Origin: Flavobacteriales bacterium
GTDB taxonomy: Bacteria; Bacteroidota; Bacteroidia; Flavobacteriales_C; GCA-002722245
Assembly: GCA_002722245.1 (NCBI GenBank)
Contig: PBLA01000001.1
Coordinates: 22,292-86,291 of the forward strand
Length of the DNA stretch: 64,000 nt
Reading direction: 5' to 3'
Both the position numbers and the translations under genes were made by a program. Below are positions 29,142 to 41,250 of this stretch, in pieces. Under the pieces are notes generated by a model. The model was given only the letters and a program-made list of their open reading frames with translations, was not told the origin of the DNA and searched no databases. Within the stretch, counting starts at the first letter, position 1. Each line of letters opens with the position of its first letter.

Positions 29142-30152
29142 ATGTCAGGAAGTAATTTTATAGATTACGTTAAGATTAATTGTAAGTCTGGTAATGGTGG
29201 TGCGGGTTCAAGCCATCTTTTTAGGGATAAGTTAACCTCAATGGGTGGCCCTGATGGCGGAGATGGGGGAAGAGGAGGTCACATTATTATCCGAGGAAAT
29301 GCGCAGCACTGGACATTACTGCACTTAAAATATAGAAAGCATATTAAAGCCACTCATGGGGAAGCGGGAGGAAAAAGTACAAGTACGGGTGCAGAGGGTG
29401 AGGATGTGTATTTGGATGTTCCAATAGGAACAATTGCTAAAAACGCTGAGACAGGCGAGGAAATTGGTGAGATTTTAGAGGACGGGCAAGAGCTTATTCT
29501 AGTAGAGGGAGGAAAAGGCGGATTAGGAAATGCGCATTTTAAAAATGCAGTTCGCCAAACGCCACGATATGCTCAAAAAGGATTACCAGGCGAGGAGCAA
29601 TGGGTAATTCTTGAGTTAAAAGTTTTAGCCGATGTAGGTTTAGTAGGTTTTCCAAATGCAGGTAAGTCCACATTGCTTTCCGTAGTTAGTGCAGCTAAAC
29701 CAGAGATTGCTAATTATCCATTTACCACGTTAGTTCCTAATCTTGGTATAGTAGGGCATAGAAATGATCAGTCTTTTATAATGGCTGATATTCCAGGGAT
29801 TATTGAGGGGGCCTCAGAGGGTAAAGGGATTGGGTTGCGTTTTTTAAGACACATTGAACGAAATTCAATTCTACTTTTTCTGATTCCTGCTGATGCAGAT
29901 GATATTGTAAAGGAATATGAAATCCTTTTGAATGAACTTGAAAAATATAATCCTGATTTGTTAGAAAAAAATCGGTTGCTAGCGATTTCAAAATGTGATA
30001 TGCTTGATGACGAATTACAGGAAGAAATAGCAAAGACGTTGCCGATAGATGTGCAAACTCTTTTTATTTCTGCTGTCGCACAAAAGGGTATTCAAGCCTT
30101 GAAAGATGCTCTTTGGGATAAAATTAGTAATGATCCTTTTGCTGAGGGATAA
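29142..30152 (+). CDS. obg: GTPase Obg
   Basis: Obg-fold glycine-rich N-terminus ([15 protein letters not shown]...[12 protein letters not shown]). G domain with [11 protein letters not shown] and DIPGIIEGA motifs. Confidence 0.92.
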   Translation: MSGSNFIDYVKINCKSGNGGAGSSHLFRDKLTSMGGPDGGDGGRGGHIIIRGNAQHWTLLHLKYRKHIKATHGEAGGKSTSTGAEGEDVYLDVPIGTIAKNAETGEEIGEILEDGQELILVEGGKGGLGNAHFKNAVRQTPRYAQKGLPGEEQWVILELKVLADVGLVGFPNAGKSTLLSVVSAAKPEIANYPFTTLVPNLGIVGHRNDQSFIMADIPGIIEGASEGKGIGLRFLRHIERNSILLFLIPADADDIVKEYEILLNELEKYNPDLLEKNRLLAISKCDMLDDELQEEIAKTLPIDVQTLFISAVAQKGIQALKDALWDKISNDPFAEG

Positions 30153-30157
30153 TTTGA

Positions 30158-30733
30158 ATGATTGATTTACTTCTACATATTGATCATGATTTATTCACAT
30201 TTTTAAATGGATTGCATTCGGCCTGGATGGATCCTATTCAGTACTGGATCAGTAATAAATTTATTTGGATTCCTTTTTATGCTTTTTTGTTGTTTCTTCT
30301 TTTTAAACACTATAAAAAAAGAGCTGTTTTAGCCGTTGTTTTTATTGTTTCGCTGATTACTTCAACGGATCAGTTGTCAGGTTTTTCTAAACGGTATGCT
30401 GGTAGATACCGGCCGTGCAGAGAGGAGTCATGGCATCGTCCTCGGCCACATCTTGTGGATAATCACTGCGGAGGAGCTTACGGCTTTTTTAGTGCGCATG
30501 CCTCTAGTGCATTTGGGCTAGCTGTATTTGTGGGTACGCTTCTCATGCCTGTGTTTAACCATGCGCGAAAGTATATGTTGTTTTGGGCGGCAATCGTAGC
30601 TTATAGTAGAGTGTATCTAGGTGTACATTATCCCTCTGATATTTTTGTTGGAGCCTTAGTTGGCTTGTTTTTAGGATTTCTTTTTACAGCGCTCTTTAAA
30701 TGGCTCAGTCAAGTGGAGTTTAGTTCAAAATAG
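30158..30733 (+). CDS. PAP2-family phosphatase (phosphatidic acid / undecaprenyl-PP phosphatase-like)
   Basis: KRYAGRYRP, FFSAHASSAF and YSRVYLGVHYPSD acid-phosphatase motifs in a membrane protein. Confidence 0.75.
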   Translation: MIDLLLHIDHDLFTFLNGLHSAWMDPIQYWISNKFIWIPFYAFLLFLLFKHYKKRAVLAVVFIVSLITSTDQLSGFSKRYAGRYRPCREESWHRPRPHLVDNHCGGAYGFFSAHASSAFGLAVFVGTLLMPVFNHARKYMLFWAAIVAYSRVYLGVHYPSDIFVGALVGLFLGFLFTALFKWLSQVEFSSK

Positions 30734-32261
30734 CTTTTCTTGAAAAGTCTGATTTATTTTTTACCCAAGATTTAATGAACTCTTTTTTCATATCATTTTC
30801 TGAGTTTTCTATTTCTTCGAGTCTGTTGTGTAATTGTTTAAATTGAATCTTTTGAAGAGTGTCATCACCGAAACATATAAGTAGTTTGTGAAACGTTTTA
30901 GAGAGTTCTTTTAAAATATCATTGCTAGCATCACATTTTTGAAGGGCGCGTTCAAGGTTTTTTGATGAAGATTCAAACAATTCGAAATTTTTAGATTCTA
31001 GATAAACAATGGTCGTAAGTAGTTTTTTAGAATGAATCATATTTTGATAATCCAAATTGTCTGACTTAAGAATGATGTTCTTTAAACTGCCTAAAACACC
31101 TTTGTTTCTTCCACATCTTAATTGAGCCCAAGCTAAATTAATGAGCAGAGTATTGTGAAGACTTGTGCCTAATTTTGTTCTTTTATTTAGCACAAAATCC
31201 TCAACTTTTTTAACCTGTAAAAAGATTTTGTTCAAGTCGTTTTGAATTAAGTAAAACTCCTGTTCTATATTCAAAAAGTATCCGTAATCGCTGTTTTTAC
31301 TATAATAAGTAATGGTGTTGTCATTGAAAAAAATATTACTTTTTTCTAAAAACAATGCTATTTCATTGTTTTTATTCTGATTCTTTAAGTAGTTTATTTT
31401 AAAGAATAATGCATGGATGTATTTTGTTGGCAGGAGCTTTATTTGTAATTCATTAGAGTGAAATAATAATAGGATTTTATCCACAAATTTCTCTGCTTCA
31501 ACAAGATTATTAGTTAGCTCATAGTAGTTTCTTAATGAATTGTAATACAGTAGTTTATTGTGTTTTAACTCTATTTTCTCTTTAGGCTGTGTAATGTCTT
31601 TTAAACGAAGGTTGTTTTGAGGTTCAACAATACCGGAAGATGCTTGCTTATTGTTTGAGATGGCAAGCATATCCAGATTGTTGTTGTAAATTTCGTTATT
31701 GAGTTGAATTGCTTTGCTCAGCTTTGCTTGGTCATGTTTAAAAGCTGATAATTCATCCCAATTCGGAAATTCATTCATTTTTGCTAAACAATGCAGTTTT
31801 AACCTTTTAATTTCTTGTGTTGAACCCAATAACCCAATCTCATTTGACAGTTCTTCTGCTTTCTTTAGCTTTCTTAAGGCTTGATGATATAAGCCTTTGT
31901 TTTGAAGAATTTCAACAGCGTCTATAATTCTTCTTACTCGTACGGAAGGAAGTGTATCAGCGTTATAAAATGTTAAACTTTTCACAACCAATTCGTACAA
32001 ATATTTTTTTAAGGAAGGATATCTCTTTTCTATTGGAGTTCCTTTAAATTTTTCTTTAATGGCTTCCTCATTGAATACTTCTTGCTTATCAATTTCTTCA
32101 AATAAACGGATATAATCATTTTTCTTGCTAGGCGTTTGTTGTTTGGCCAATAATTTAAAATATCTTTTTTCCGTTTGAGAAAGGTTTTTAATGAGTTCGT
32201 GTAGGTAATTTTGAACTTTAGGTTTTGTCATTAAAGAATAGTTAGGGGCGAGTAGCTTCAA
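30720..32261 (-). CDS. hypothetical all-alpha (TPR-like?) protein
   Basis: 513 aa with no signal peptide and helical, low-complexity K/N/L-rich sequence. No motif recognised. Confidence 0.35.
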   Translation of the reverse strand: MKLLAPNYSLMTKPKVQNYLHELIKNLSQTEKRYFKLLAKQQTPSKKNDYIRLFEEIDKQEVFNEEAIKEKFKGTPIEKRYPSLKKYLYELVVKSLTFYNADTLPSVRVRRIIDAVEILQNKGLYHQALRKLKKAEELSNEIGLLGSTQEIKRLKLHCLAKMNEFPNWDELSAFKHDQAKLSKAIQLNNEIYNNNLDMLAISNNKQASSGIVEPQNNLRLKDITQPKEKIELKHNKLLYYNSLRNYYELTNNLVEAEKFVDKILLLFHSNELQIKLLPTKYIHALFFKINYLKNQNKNNEIALFLEKSNIFFNDNTITYYSKNSDYGYFLNIEQEFYLIQNDLNKIFLQVKKVEDFVLNKRTKLGTSLHNTLLINLAWAQLRCGRNKGVLGSLKNIILKSDNLDYQNMIHSKKLLTTIVYLESKNFELFESSSKNLERALQKCDASNDILKELSKTFHKLLICFGDDTLQKIQFKQLHNRLEEIENSENDMKKEFIKSWVKNKSDFSRKAILN

Positions 32262-32462
32262 AAGTAAAGGAATCTCCTAATGAACTCATTCTTACTTTTT
32301 GTAAAACTTACGCGTTAAAGAACGATTAATGGTTGTTTAAACCATTGTAAATATTTATTAATTAAGTTTTTTAATGTTTCTTGTTTAGGGTGCCGTAAAG
32401 GGTCGTTTAATGAAAAAATTGAGGTTTGTAAGTGACAGGATTTTGTGAATAAATACCCCTCT

Positions 32463-33998
<1,536 letters not shown>

Positions 33999-34016
33999 TA
34001 ATTTAATTATTTCGAA

Positions 34017-35981
34017 ATGAGATTTCAAAAACTACTTATTATAGCAGCTTTATTTGGAAGTACTTTTGTGAGTGCTCAATCCAAAAAAATTAACCCTCAA
34101 TTAGAGGATGAATGGTTGATAGCGATAAATGGTGATACCATCACAGCTGGTGATTTTTGGTATGCTTTTGTGAAAAATGCCGATGAGGAAAAGCCCATAA
34201 ATCTTGATTCATTAAAGAAATACAAAAAACTTTATGACAAATTTCTACTTAAGGTTACTGAAGCGAAATCATTAGGATATGATACCACGCCAAAGTTTTT
34301 AAAGGAATTTAAAGGGTATAAAAATCAGTTGGCCGAGTCTTATTTGAAAGATAAATCGGTAACGGACAAATTAATACAAGAGGCATTTGATCGATCAAGA
34401 ATTGATGTTGAAGCCAGTCATATTTTGGTTAAGGTTCCTTACGATGCTATGCCTGAGGATACACTTAAGGCATTTGAAAAAGCATTAAGCATCATGAATA
34501 AGGCTAATAATGGAGTAGATTTTACCCTTTTAGCAAAAAAGTATTCTGATGATAATGGTGGTAAAAATGGCGGTTACCTTGGTTATTTTTCAGTTTTAAG
34601 AATGGTTTATCCCTTTGAAAATATGGCTTACAACACAAAACCGGGTGAAATTAGTAAGCCGTTTAGATCGCGTTTTGGATATCATATCATAAAGGTTCAT
34701 TCTAATCGAAAAGCGGTAGGTGAGGTAAAGGTGGCTCATATTATGACAATTGCCAAAGAGGGAATGGATCCGAAAAAATTAGTAGATGCTGAAAAAAATA
34801 TTAGAGAGATTTATGAAATGGTTAAAGAAGGTAAAAATTTCGCCGAATTAGCGCGTAAATTCTCAGAGGATTTAAACACATCAAATAGAGGAGGAGAATT
34901 ACCTTGGTTTGGACCGAATAAATTTTTACCTGAGTTTGAAAATGCAGCATTTAGTTTAGCGAATAATGGGGATGTATCCGAACCTGTTAAAACACCTTAT
35001 GGTTGGCACATTATTAAACGCATTGATCGTAAAGAATTATCGTCTTATGATGATATGAAAAATGAACTTCGAAATAAAGTGTCGCGATCCGATAGAGCTG
35101 CCTTAAGTAAAACTGTTGTGATCAATAGGATTAAAAAGGAGTATGAATTTATCGAGTATCGATCTGGAATTGATAATTTTTACACATTCTGTGACACCAC
35201 GTTAATTACAGCAAAATGGAAAGCTCCAGCAGATAAAGAACTTACTGATAAAATGTTTGATTTTGCGGGCGTTACGTATACTCAAAAGGAATTTGCTGAG
35301 TATTTAGCCCAAACCTTGGTTCCTAAAAAAGGAGGGAGCTTTCAAAGAATTGTGCAATATTCATATGAAAATTGGATGACTGATATTATTGAAAGTCATG
35401 AAAAAAGTTTGTTGACTACAAAATACCCAGATTATGGTCGTCTCTTAAGAGAATATAAAGATGGAATTATTTTGTTTGATTTAACAAGTGAAAAGGTATG
35501 GAATAAATCTGTTGTTGATACCGCAGGGTTAAGAGCTTTTCATAACGATATAAAGGATCAATGGCAGTGGAATGAACGTATGGATGGTGTTGTATATAAG
35601 TGTATTGATGAGGCAACAGCAGTAGCAGTAAGGAAATTACTTAAAAAAGGACGAGGTGATGATGTGATTTTGGAGAATATAAATGTGGATTCTAAGCTTA
35701 ATGTAAGAGTAGAGGCAGGAGTTTATGAAGCGAAGTCACGCCCTGAGCTCAATGGATTGAAGTTTAAAAAAGGTGTTTCAAAAGTGTTGAATCAGAATGG
35801 TAATTTTATTGTTTTGAAGGTTGATAAAGTGTTACCAGTTGAATCAAAATCATTGAGTGAGGTAAAAGGAATGGTTACTGCTAAATACCAGGATTATCTA
35901 ATGGATGTTTGGCTAAAGGAGTTGAGAGAAAAATATGAGATTGTATATAACGATGATGTGTTTAAGCAATTAGCTCCTTGA
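34017..35981 (+). CDS. PpiC-type peptidyl-prolyl cis-trans isomerase (SurA/PrsA-like, long form)
   Basis: Signal peptide. Two parvulin-type motifs (EASHILVKV...FGYHIIKV and ...GWHIIKRI). Confidence 0.7.
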   Translation: MRFQKLLIIAALFGSTFVSAQSKKINPQLEDEWLIAINGDTITAGDFWYAFVKNADEEKPINLDSLKKYKKLYDKFLLKVTEAKSLGYDTTPKFLKEFKGYKNQLAESYLKDKSVTDKLIQEAFDRSRIDVEASHILVKVPYDAMPEDTLKAFEKALSIMNKANNGVDFTLLAKKYSDDNGGKNGGYLGYFSVLRMVYPFENMAYNTKPGEISKPFRSRFGYHIIKVHSNRKAVGEVKVAHIMTIAKEGMDPKKLVDAEKNIREIYEMVKEGKNFAELARKFSEDLNTSNRGGELPWFGPNKFLPEFENAAFSLANNGDVSEPVKTPYGWHIIKRIDRKELSSYDDMKNELRNKVSRSDRAALSKTVVINRIKKEYEFIEYRSGIDNFYTFCDTTLITAKWKAPADKELTDKMFDFAGVTYTQKEFAEYLAQTLVPKKGGSFQRIVQYSYENWMTDIIESHEKSLLTTKYPDYGRLLREYKDGIILFDLTSEKVWNKSVVDTAGLRAFHNDIKDQWQWNERMDGVVYKCIDEATAVAVRKLLKKGRGDDVILENINVDSKLNVRVEAGVYEAKSRPELNGLKFKKGVSKVLNQNGNFIVLKVDKVLPVESKSLSEVKGMVTAKYQDYLMDVWLKELREKYEIVYNDDVFKQLAP

Positions 35982-36877
35982 TGATGAATTATAAAAACTA
36001 TAAATGCTTCAAGGCTACCCTTAAAAGGTGGCCTTTTATGCTTATTATGGTTTTAGTTTTAACAAATTGTAGTGAACGTAAAGGAATTGGAAAATCTAAA
36101 GGTGAACTTATTGCAGAAGTTGGAGAACACCGGTTAACTGCCGACGAATTGGTGAAAGTGTTTGGAGATCAATGGCGTCAAAAGCATGAAAAGGTTAAGG
36201 ACTTTGTTAGAATTTGGGTAAAAGATAAAGTGGTAGGGGTTGTGGCTGAAAAGCAACTTGCTGAAGAAGATAAAGATTTTAAGGAAGAAATTATTGCTTA
36301 CAAAAACTCTTTGCTGAAGTATACATTTGAACAAAAAATGTTGGACTCTGCATTATCCTTAGTTGTAGATGAACAGGAGATTGCGGAATATTTACAAAAG
36401 AACAAAAAGAACTTTCAGTTGAAAGAAAATATTGTTCGAGTGCGGTACGTTAAAGTCCCCAAAAAGCATAAAAAACTTAACCAGCTTCGATATATGATTC
36501 AATATAAAGATTCGTTAAGGAAAGAAAAGTTTTTTGATTTAATTCAAAAAGAAAATATTTTTTGTGAAGCAAACGATAGTGTATGGCATAAGCTTGATGA
36601 CTTAAAGAATTTAATTCCATTTAAATTATATAATGATGAGCATTTTTTAAGACATTATAATTACACCGAAGCACCTGATGGAGATTTTATTTGGGTTATA
36701 TATTTTTCGGAAAATCGTTTAAAGAAAGGGGTTTCTCCATTGGAAATGGTGAGGGATCAAATTCAAGCAATTATTATTAACAGGCGAAAACAAAAGCTCA
36801 TCCAAGAGTTTGAAAAATCACTTTACCTTGATGCATTAAAAAACAAGGATATTAAAATATATGCAGATTATGAATAA
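35978..36877 (+). CDS. hypothetical protein, possibly SurA-N-like chaperone domain
   Basis: N-terminal hydrophobic segment. No PPIase signature. It is sandwiched between two parvulin genes, sharing 4 bp with the upstream gene (ATGA at 35978) and 17 bp with the downstream one (36861-36877). Confidence 0.35.
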   Translation: MMMNYKNYKCFKATLKRWPFMLIMVLVLTNCSERKGIGKSKGELIAEVGEHRLTADELVKVFGDQWRQKHEKVKDFVRIWVKDKVVGVVAEKQLAEEDKDFKEEIIAYKNSLLKYTFEQKMLDSALSLVVDEQEIAEYLQKNKKNFQLKENIVRVRYVKVPKKHKKLNQLRYMIQYKDSLRKEKFFDLIQKENIFCEANDSVWHKLDDLKNLIPFKLYNDEHFLRHYNYTEAPDGDFIWVIYFSENRLKKGVSPLEMVRDQIQAIIINRRKQKLIQEFEKSLYLDALKNKDIKIYADYE

Positions 36878-38237
36878 CTATAGATGCTTGATGCTGTGTT
36901 GCTTCTTGTCAATTATGGCTGCAGCCCAAAAAGATCCAATCTTAATTGATGAAGTTTCTGCAGTAATTGGAAAAAATGCCATTTTCAAAAGCGAGATTAT
37001 GAGTTCTGCCGAACAATTAAAAATGCAGGGCGCTCCGAATGATTTATCTACTGAGTGTTATGTATTACAAGAACGACTTTTTGAAAAGTTGTTGGTCCAC
37101 AAAGCGGAGGTAGATAGTATTGAAGTTTCGGATAGTGAAATTGACGATGCGATAGATCGAAGAATGAGTTATATGCTCATGCGTTTAGGAGGCTCTGAAA
37201 TTGAATTTCAAAAATTTTACGGGAAGAGCGTGTTGCAATTTAAGAAAGAAATCAGGGGGACAGTAGCAGATAATATCTTGGCTCAAAAAGTTCGTTCAAA
37301 CATTACTAGAGATGTTTCGGTAAGCCCTACTGATGTAAAAAACTATTTTTCTTCGATACCTAAAGATTCGTTGCCTGTTGTTCCAGAGTCTTACAAAATA
37401 GCTCAATTAGTGATTAAGGCTAAGCCAAATAAAACAGAAAAAGAACGAGTTCGGAAAAAATTAGAAGATGTACGAAAACGTATACTGAATGGTTCTGATT
37501 TTGATTTGATGGCTCGAATCTATTCAAAGGATCCAGGATCTAGAGAGAGAGGTGGAGACTTGGGGTTTTTATCACGAAATCAATTAGTTCCTGAATTTAG
37601 TGCGGTGGCATTTAAACTTCAGGTTGGAGAGGTGTCTGAAATTGTTGAATCTCCTTTTGGTTTCCATTTAATTCAAATGTTGGAGAAAAAAGGAAATCTT
37701 ATTCATGCACGTCATATACTAATGATACCTGAAATTTATCCTACTGATATGAATATTGCAAAACAAAGAGCGGATAGTATTAAGTCGGTGATTAAATCTG
37801 GTGTCAATTTTAATAAACTCGCATCTGATTTGAGCGATGATGAACAATCAAAAATTAACGGAGGTGTTGTTAGAAACAATCAAACTGGAGGGAATTATTT
37901 TGAGGTAGAAGAATTAGAGCAAAGTTTGTATTTAAAGCTTCAGTCAATGAATGAGGGTGAGATAACAGAACCGGAGGTATTCAATATGATTGATAATTCA
38001 ATGGCGTATAGAATCATTTATTTGATGGATAAACTTGATTTTCACGTGGCAAATATTCAATCGGATTATGATAGAATTAAATCTGCAGCTTTATCTGCTA
38101 AACAAGAGCTTGAAGTGAAAAAATGGATTAATTCTCATTTAGAAGGAACGTTTATTAAATTACCCGAAAATTATAGAGGATGCCCGATTCTTAGCGTATG
38201 GTATGCAAATGAAACTAAACCTCTTGTAAAAAAATAA
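36861..38237 (+). CDS. SurA-like peptidyl-prolyl isomerase
   Basis: Signal peptide. Parvulin motifs (...FGFHLIQM; HARHILMIP). Confidence 0.7.
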   Translation: MQIMNNYRCLMLCCFLSIMAAAQKDPILIDEVSAVIGKNAIFKSEIMSSAEQLKMQGAPNDLSTECYVLQERLFEKLLVHKAEVDSIEVSDSEIDDAIDRRMSYMLMRLGGSEIEFQKFYGKSVLQFKKEIRGTVADNILAQKVRSNITRDVSVSPTDVKNYFSSIPKDSLPVVPESYKIAQLVIKAKPNKTEKERVRKKLEDVRKRILNGSDFDLMARIYSKDPGSRERGGDLGFLSRNQLVPEFSAVAFKLQVGEVSEIVESPFGFHLIQMLEKKGNLIHARHILMIPEIYPTDMNIAKQRADSIKSVIKSGVNFNKLASDLSDDEQSKINGGVVRNNQTGGNYFEVEELEQSLYLKLQSMNEGEITEPEVFNMIDNSMAYRIIYLMDKLDFHVANIQSDYDRIKSAALSAKQELEVKKWINSHLEGTFIKLPENYRGCPILSVWYANETKPLVKK

Positions 38238-38239
38238 TT

Positions 38240-39208
38240 ATGTTGAATACGTTTGAGTCAGATGTAAAAGGTATTGATGCACTTGCTAAAGCATCAAGAA
38301 AGCTTGAAGATGAAATTTCAAAGGTCATTGTAGGGCAAAAGGATGTAGTGAAATCTATTATCATTTCCATTTTTTCTAATGGACATTCCTTACTAGTAGG
38401 GGTGCCTGGATTAGCAAAAACATTGTTAGTAAATACAATATCTCAAGCTCTTGGGTTGGAGTTTAATCGTATTCAATTTACACCTGATTTAATGCCAAGT
38501 GATATTATTGGCGCTGAGATATTAGGTGAAGATCGAAGCTTTAAATTTGTAAAAGGCCCCGTTTTTACTAATGTTTTATTAGCTGATGAGATTAATAGAA
38601 CGCCGCCAAAAACACAAGCAGCTTTATTGGAAGCGATGCAAGAAAAAAGAGTAACCATTGCTGGTAAAAGCATAGAGTTACCCACTCCCTTTTTTGTGTT
38701 GGCTACACAAAATCCAATTGATCAGGAAGGAACATATCCACTGCCTGAAGCACAGCTCGATCGTTTTATGTTTAATATATGGGTGGATTACCCATCAATA
38801 GAGGAGGAGGTGCAAGTGGTGAAGTCTACAACTTCAAACACCTCTGTTTCTGTATCACCAGTTTTGTCAGCTGATCAAATCTTAGCGTTTCAGGAATTAA
38901 TTCGAAAAATGCCTGTTGCAGACAATGTGTTAGAATATGCCGTTAAATTAGCTGTTAAAACAAGAAAAGAGTCTGAAATAGCCCCAGAGAATACGAAACT
39001 ATATTTAAGCTGGGGAGCAGGTCCTAGAGCTTCACAATATTTAGTGTTAGGAGCAAAAACACATGCTGCTTTAAATGGTAAATACTCGCCTGATATTGAG
39101 GACGTTCAAGCTGTAGCTCATCCTATATTAAGGCATAGGGTAATGAGAAATTATAAGGCCGAAGCAGATGGTGTTTCATTAAAGCAAATCATTGACTCAT
39201 TACTCTGA
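38240..39208 (+). CDS. MoxR-like AAA+ ATPase
   Basis: Walker A LLVGVPGLAKTLL, a TPDLMPSDIIG linker and Walker B LLADEINR. Confidence 0.85.
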   Translation: MLNTFESDVKGIDALAKASRKLEDEISKVIVGQKDVVKSIIISIFSNGHSLLVGVPGLAKTLLVNTISQALGLEFNRIQFTPDLMPSDIIGAEILGEDRSFKFVKGPVFTNVLLADEINRTPPKTQAALLEAMQEKRVTIAGKSIELPTPFFVLATQNPIDQEGTYPLPEAQLDRFMFNIWVDYPSIEEEVQVVKSTTSNTSVSVSPVLSADQILAFQELIRKMPVADNVLEYAVKLAVKTRKESEIAPENTKLYLSWGAGPRASQYLVLGAKTHAALNGKYSPDIEDVQAVAHPILRHRVMRNYKAEADGVSLKQIIDSLL

Positions 39209-39209
39209 T

Positions 39210-39863
39210 ATGTCATTACAGGTTAAAAATCTATCCGATGAACAATCGAAGCAATTAAGTTCGGGGAAGTATCTTCCTATTATGGAAGAATTTTACACAA
39301 TTCAAGGAGAAGGAAGAAAGGCTGGGAAACCTGCTTATTTTATTCGTATCGGAGGGTGTGATGTGGGATGTCATTGGTGTGATGTGAAAGAGAGTTGGGA
39401 CGCTTCATTACATCCGCTTAAAGCAGTGGATGATCTCATTCACAGATTAGAAGAAGTTCCAGCCAAGGATGTGGTTATTACAGGCGGTGAACCTACTATT
39501 TATAATTTGGATTATTTATGTGAGGTGTTGCACGCCAATGGTTATAAAACATTTTTGGAAACAAGTGGAGCGCATAAGTTTTCGGGAAGATGGAATTGGA
39601 TTTGTTTGTCTCCTAAAAAAAATCAGCCACCTAGGCCTGAGGTTTATTCATTTGCACACGAATTAAAGGTGATTGTGCATAATAAAAATGACTTTAAATG
39701 GGCGGAGCGTCATGCTGATAAAGTAAATAAGGATTGTAAACTTTACTTACAGCCCGAATGGAGTAAACTGGATGAAATGATGCCGTTAATCATTAATTAT
39801 GTCATGAAAAACCCTTCATGGAATATTAGTTTACAAACGCATAAATTCATGAAAATCCCGTGA
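39210..39863 (+). CDS. queE: 7-carboxy-7-deazaguanine synthase (radical SAM)
   Basis: EEFYTIQGEG...FIRIGGCDVGCHWCDVKESW, a QueE-type CxxxCxxC variant. Confidence 0.8.
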   Translation: MSLQVKNLSDEQSKQLSSGKYLPIMEEFYTIQGEGRKAGKPAYFIRIGGCDVGCHWCDVKESWDASLHPLKAVDDLIHRLEEVPAKDVVITGGEPTIYNLDYLCEVLHANGYKTFLETSGAHKFSGRWNWICLSPKKNQPPRPEVYSFAHELKVIVHNKNDFKWAERHADKVNKDCKLYLQPEWSKLDEMMPLIINYVMKNPSWNISLQTHKFMKIP

Positions 39864-39864
39864 T

Positions 39865-40224
39865 ATGAAACGAACTTTAATTGTTGGAGCAACAACAAAT
39901 CCAGCTCGATATGCTTATAAGGCTGCAGAAATGTTAACGGAGAGTGGTCATCCTATTGTTCCCATTGGAATAAAAAAAGGAGTTGTTTTTGGTGAAAAAA
40001 TTCAAAATAATTGGGAACAAATTCAAGGTATTGACACCGTTACTTTGTATGTTGGCCCTGCCAATCAACTTGAATATATGGATGCTATTATAGCGATCCA
40101 ACCAAAACGCGTTATCTTTAATCCAGGTACCGAAAACCCAGATTTTTATGCTAAGCTTGAATCTAATGGCATTGATTATGAGGTTGCGTGTACACTTGTT
40201 CTATTAAGAACAAACCAGTATTGA
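39865..40224 (+). CDS. CoA-binding domain protein
   Basis: MKRTLIVGATTNPARYAYKAAEMLTESGHPIVPIG Rossmann-like CoA-binding motif. Confidence 0.65.
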   Translation: MKRTLIVGATTNPARYAYKAAEMLTESGHPIVPIGIKKGVVFGEKIQNNWEQIQGIDTVTLYVGPANQLEYMDAIIAIQPKRVIFNPGTENPDFYAKLESNGIDYEVACTLVLLRTNQY

Positions 40225-40264
40225 AAATAAGTTATTATCTTATTGTTTTCTACTAATGATGATA

Positions 40265-40840
40265 TTACCTGGAGCTTGATAGGTTGTTTTGTAAAGCGAT
40301 TAACTTATCAAAAACGTTAAGATCAGGTATAATAATTTTAATTGTTTTTATGTTATTGTTGTATTGAATTCGAGCAACTGTGTGTTCTCTCTCTACTGAT
40401 TGAATATGATCCCATGGAATAATTTCTGAATAAGAACCTGGAAGTTTAATTCCATTTTTATAAATTCTTATTGAATTCATAGTGCTTTGATATTTCATTC
40501 CAAAATACATTGCCAGAATCAAGGGTGCCACATAAATAAAAGGACTTTCTCGTTTAAATAAGTCCAGAAAATAGTCAATCGCATATTCCAATATAAAATA
40601 CAGTCCCAATGAAATGAATAGCGGTAGTGTATTTTTTAAAGAAACTCCCACTCTTATGGAGAAAATAATTGAATGAACGTCTTTTTTATGTAGTGTACCT
40701 ATATAGTAGCCAAAACCAATACAACATGTATTTATAAAAACTACAATGGGAAGTAGAAGCGGGAAGTCATAATGACCCAGAACATAAATGATTAAAAAAG
40801 AGAGGGTAATAGTTGCTTCAAAAATTCTATTTATCATCAA
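40265..40840 (-). CDS. hypothetical membrane protein
   Basis: Three to four TM helices, then a soluble C-terminal region. Confidence 0.35.
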   Translation of the reverse strand: MMINRIFEATITLSFLIIYVLGHYDFPLLLPIVVFINTCCIGFGYYIGTLHKKDVHSIIFSIRVGVSLKNTLPLFISLGLYFILEYAIDYFLDLFKRESPFIYVAPLILAMYFGMKYQSTMNSIRIYKNGIKLPGSYSEIIPWDHIQSVEREHTVARIQYNNNIKTIKIIIPDLNVFDKLIALQNNLSSSR

Positions 40841-41148
40841 TCCAGCATAAATATATCTTCACCATCTTTTTTCATCAAATAGTGCTCCCGCGCATATTTC
40901 TCCATGAACTCACTATTGTTCATGTTTCGAAGAAAAATAGTATTCTTTGCAGTTTCTATTTTTAATCGTCGTAGCTCTTTTTTTAATTCATTTTTTTGTT
41001 GGATTAATTCTGCATGAAAAAAGAAATTATAGTGATCAAAGAAAGAAATCCAAACAAGAAAAACAAAACTGGTTAAGAAGAATCGATTTTTAAAAAAGGC
41101 AGGGATGTTTTCTATTAAGTTCACCTTTTGAAGATAGTGGAATATCAC
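40837..41148 (-). CDS. septum formation initiator (FtsB/DivIC-like)
   Basis: Single TM, then a coiled coil (LIQQKNELKKELRRLKIE) and an ...EKYAREHYLMKKDGEDIF tail typical of FtsB-family proteins. Confidence 0.5.
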   Translation of the reverse strand: MIFHYLQKVNLIENIPAFFKNRFFLTSFVFLVWISFFDHYNFFFHAELIQQKNELKKELRRLKIETAKNTIFLRNMNNSEFMEKYAREHYLMKKDGEDIFMLD

Positions 41149-41250
41149 GATGGATATTATCTGGTCTTTATTTTGTTTTAAAAAACCACTTTTTAATAAG
41201 TGATCAACATCAATAGCTTACCCCATTATGGAGTTCATTCTTAACCTGTC

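Noticed and set aside
38240-39208. MoxR ATPase as the start of a Bat (aerotolerance) operon.
   Set aside because: Downstream genes are queE and a CoA-binding protein, not DUF58/BatA-E. It is a stand-alone MoxR here.
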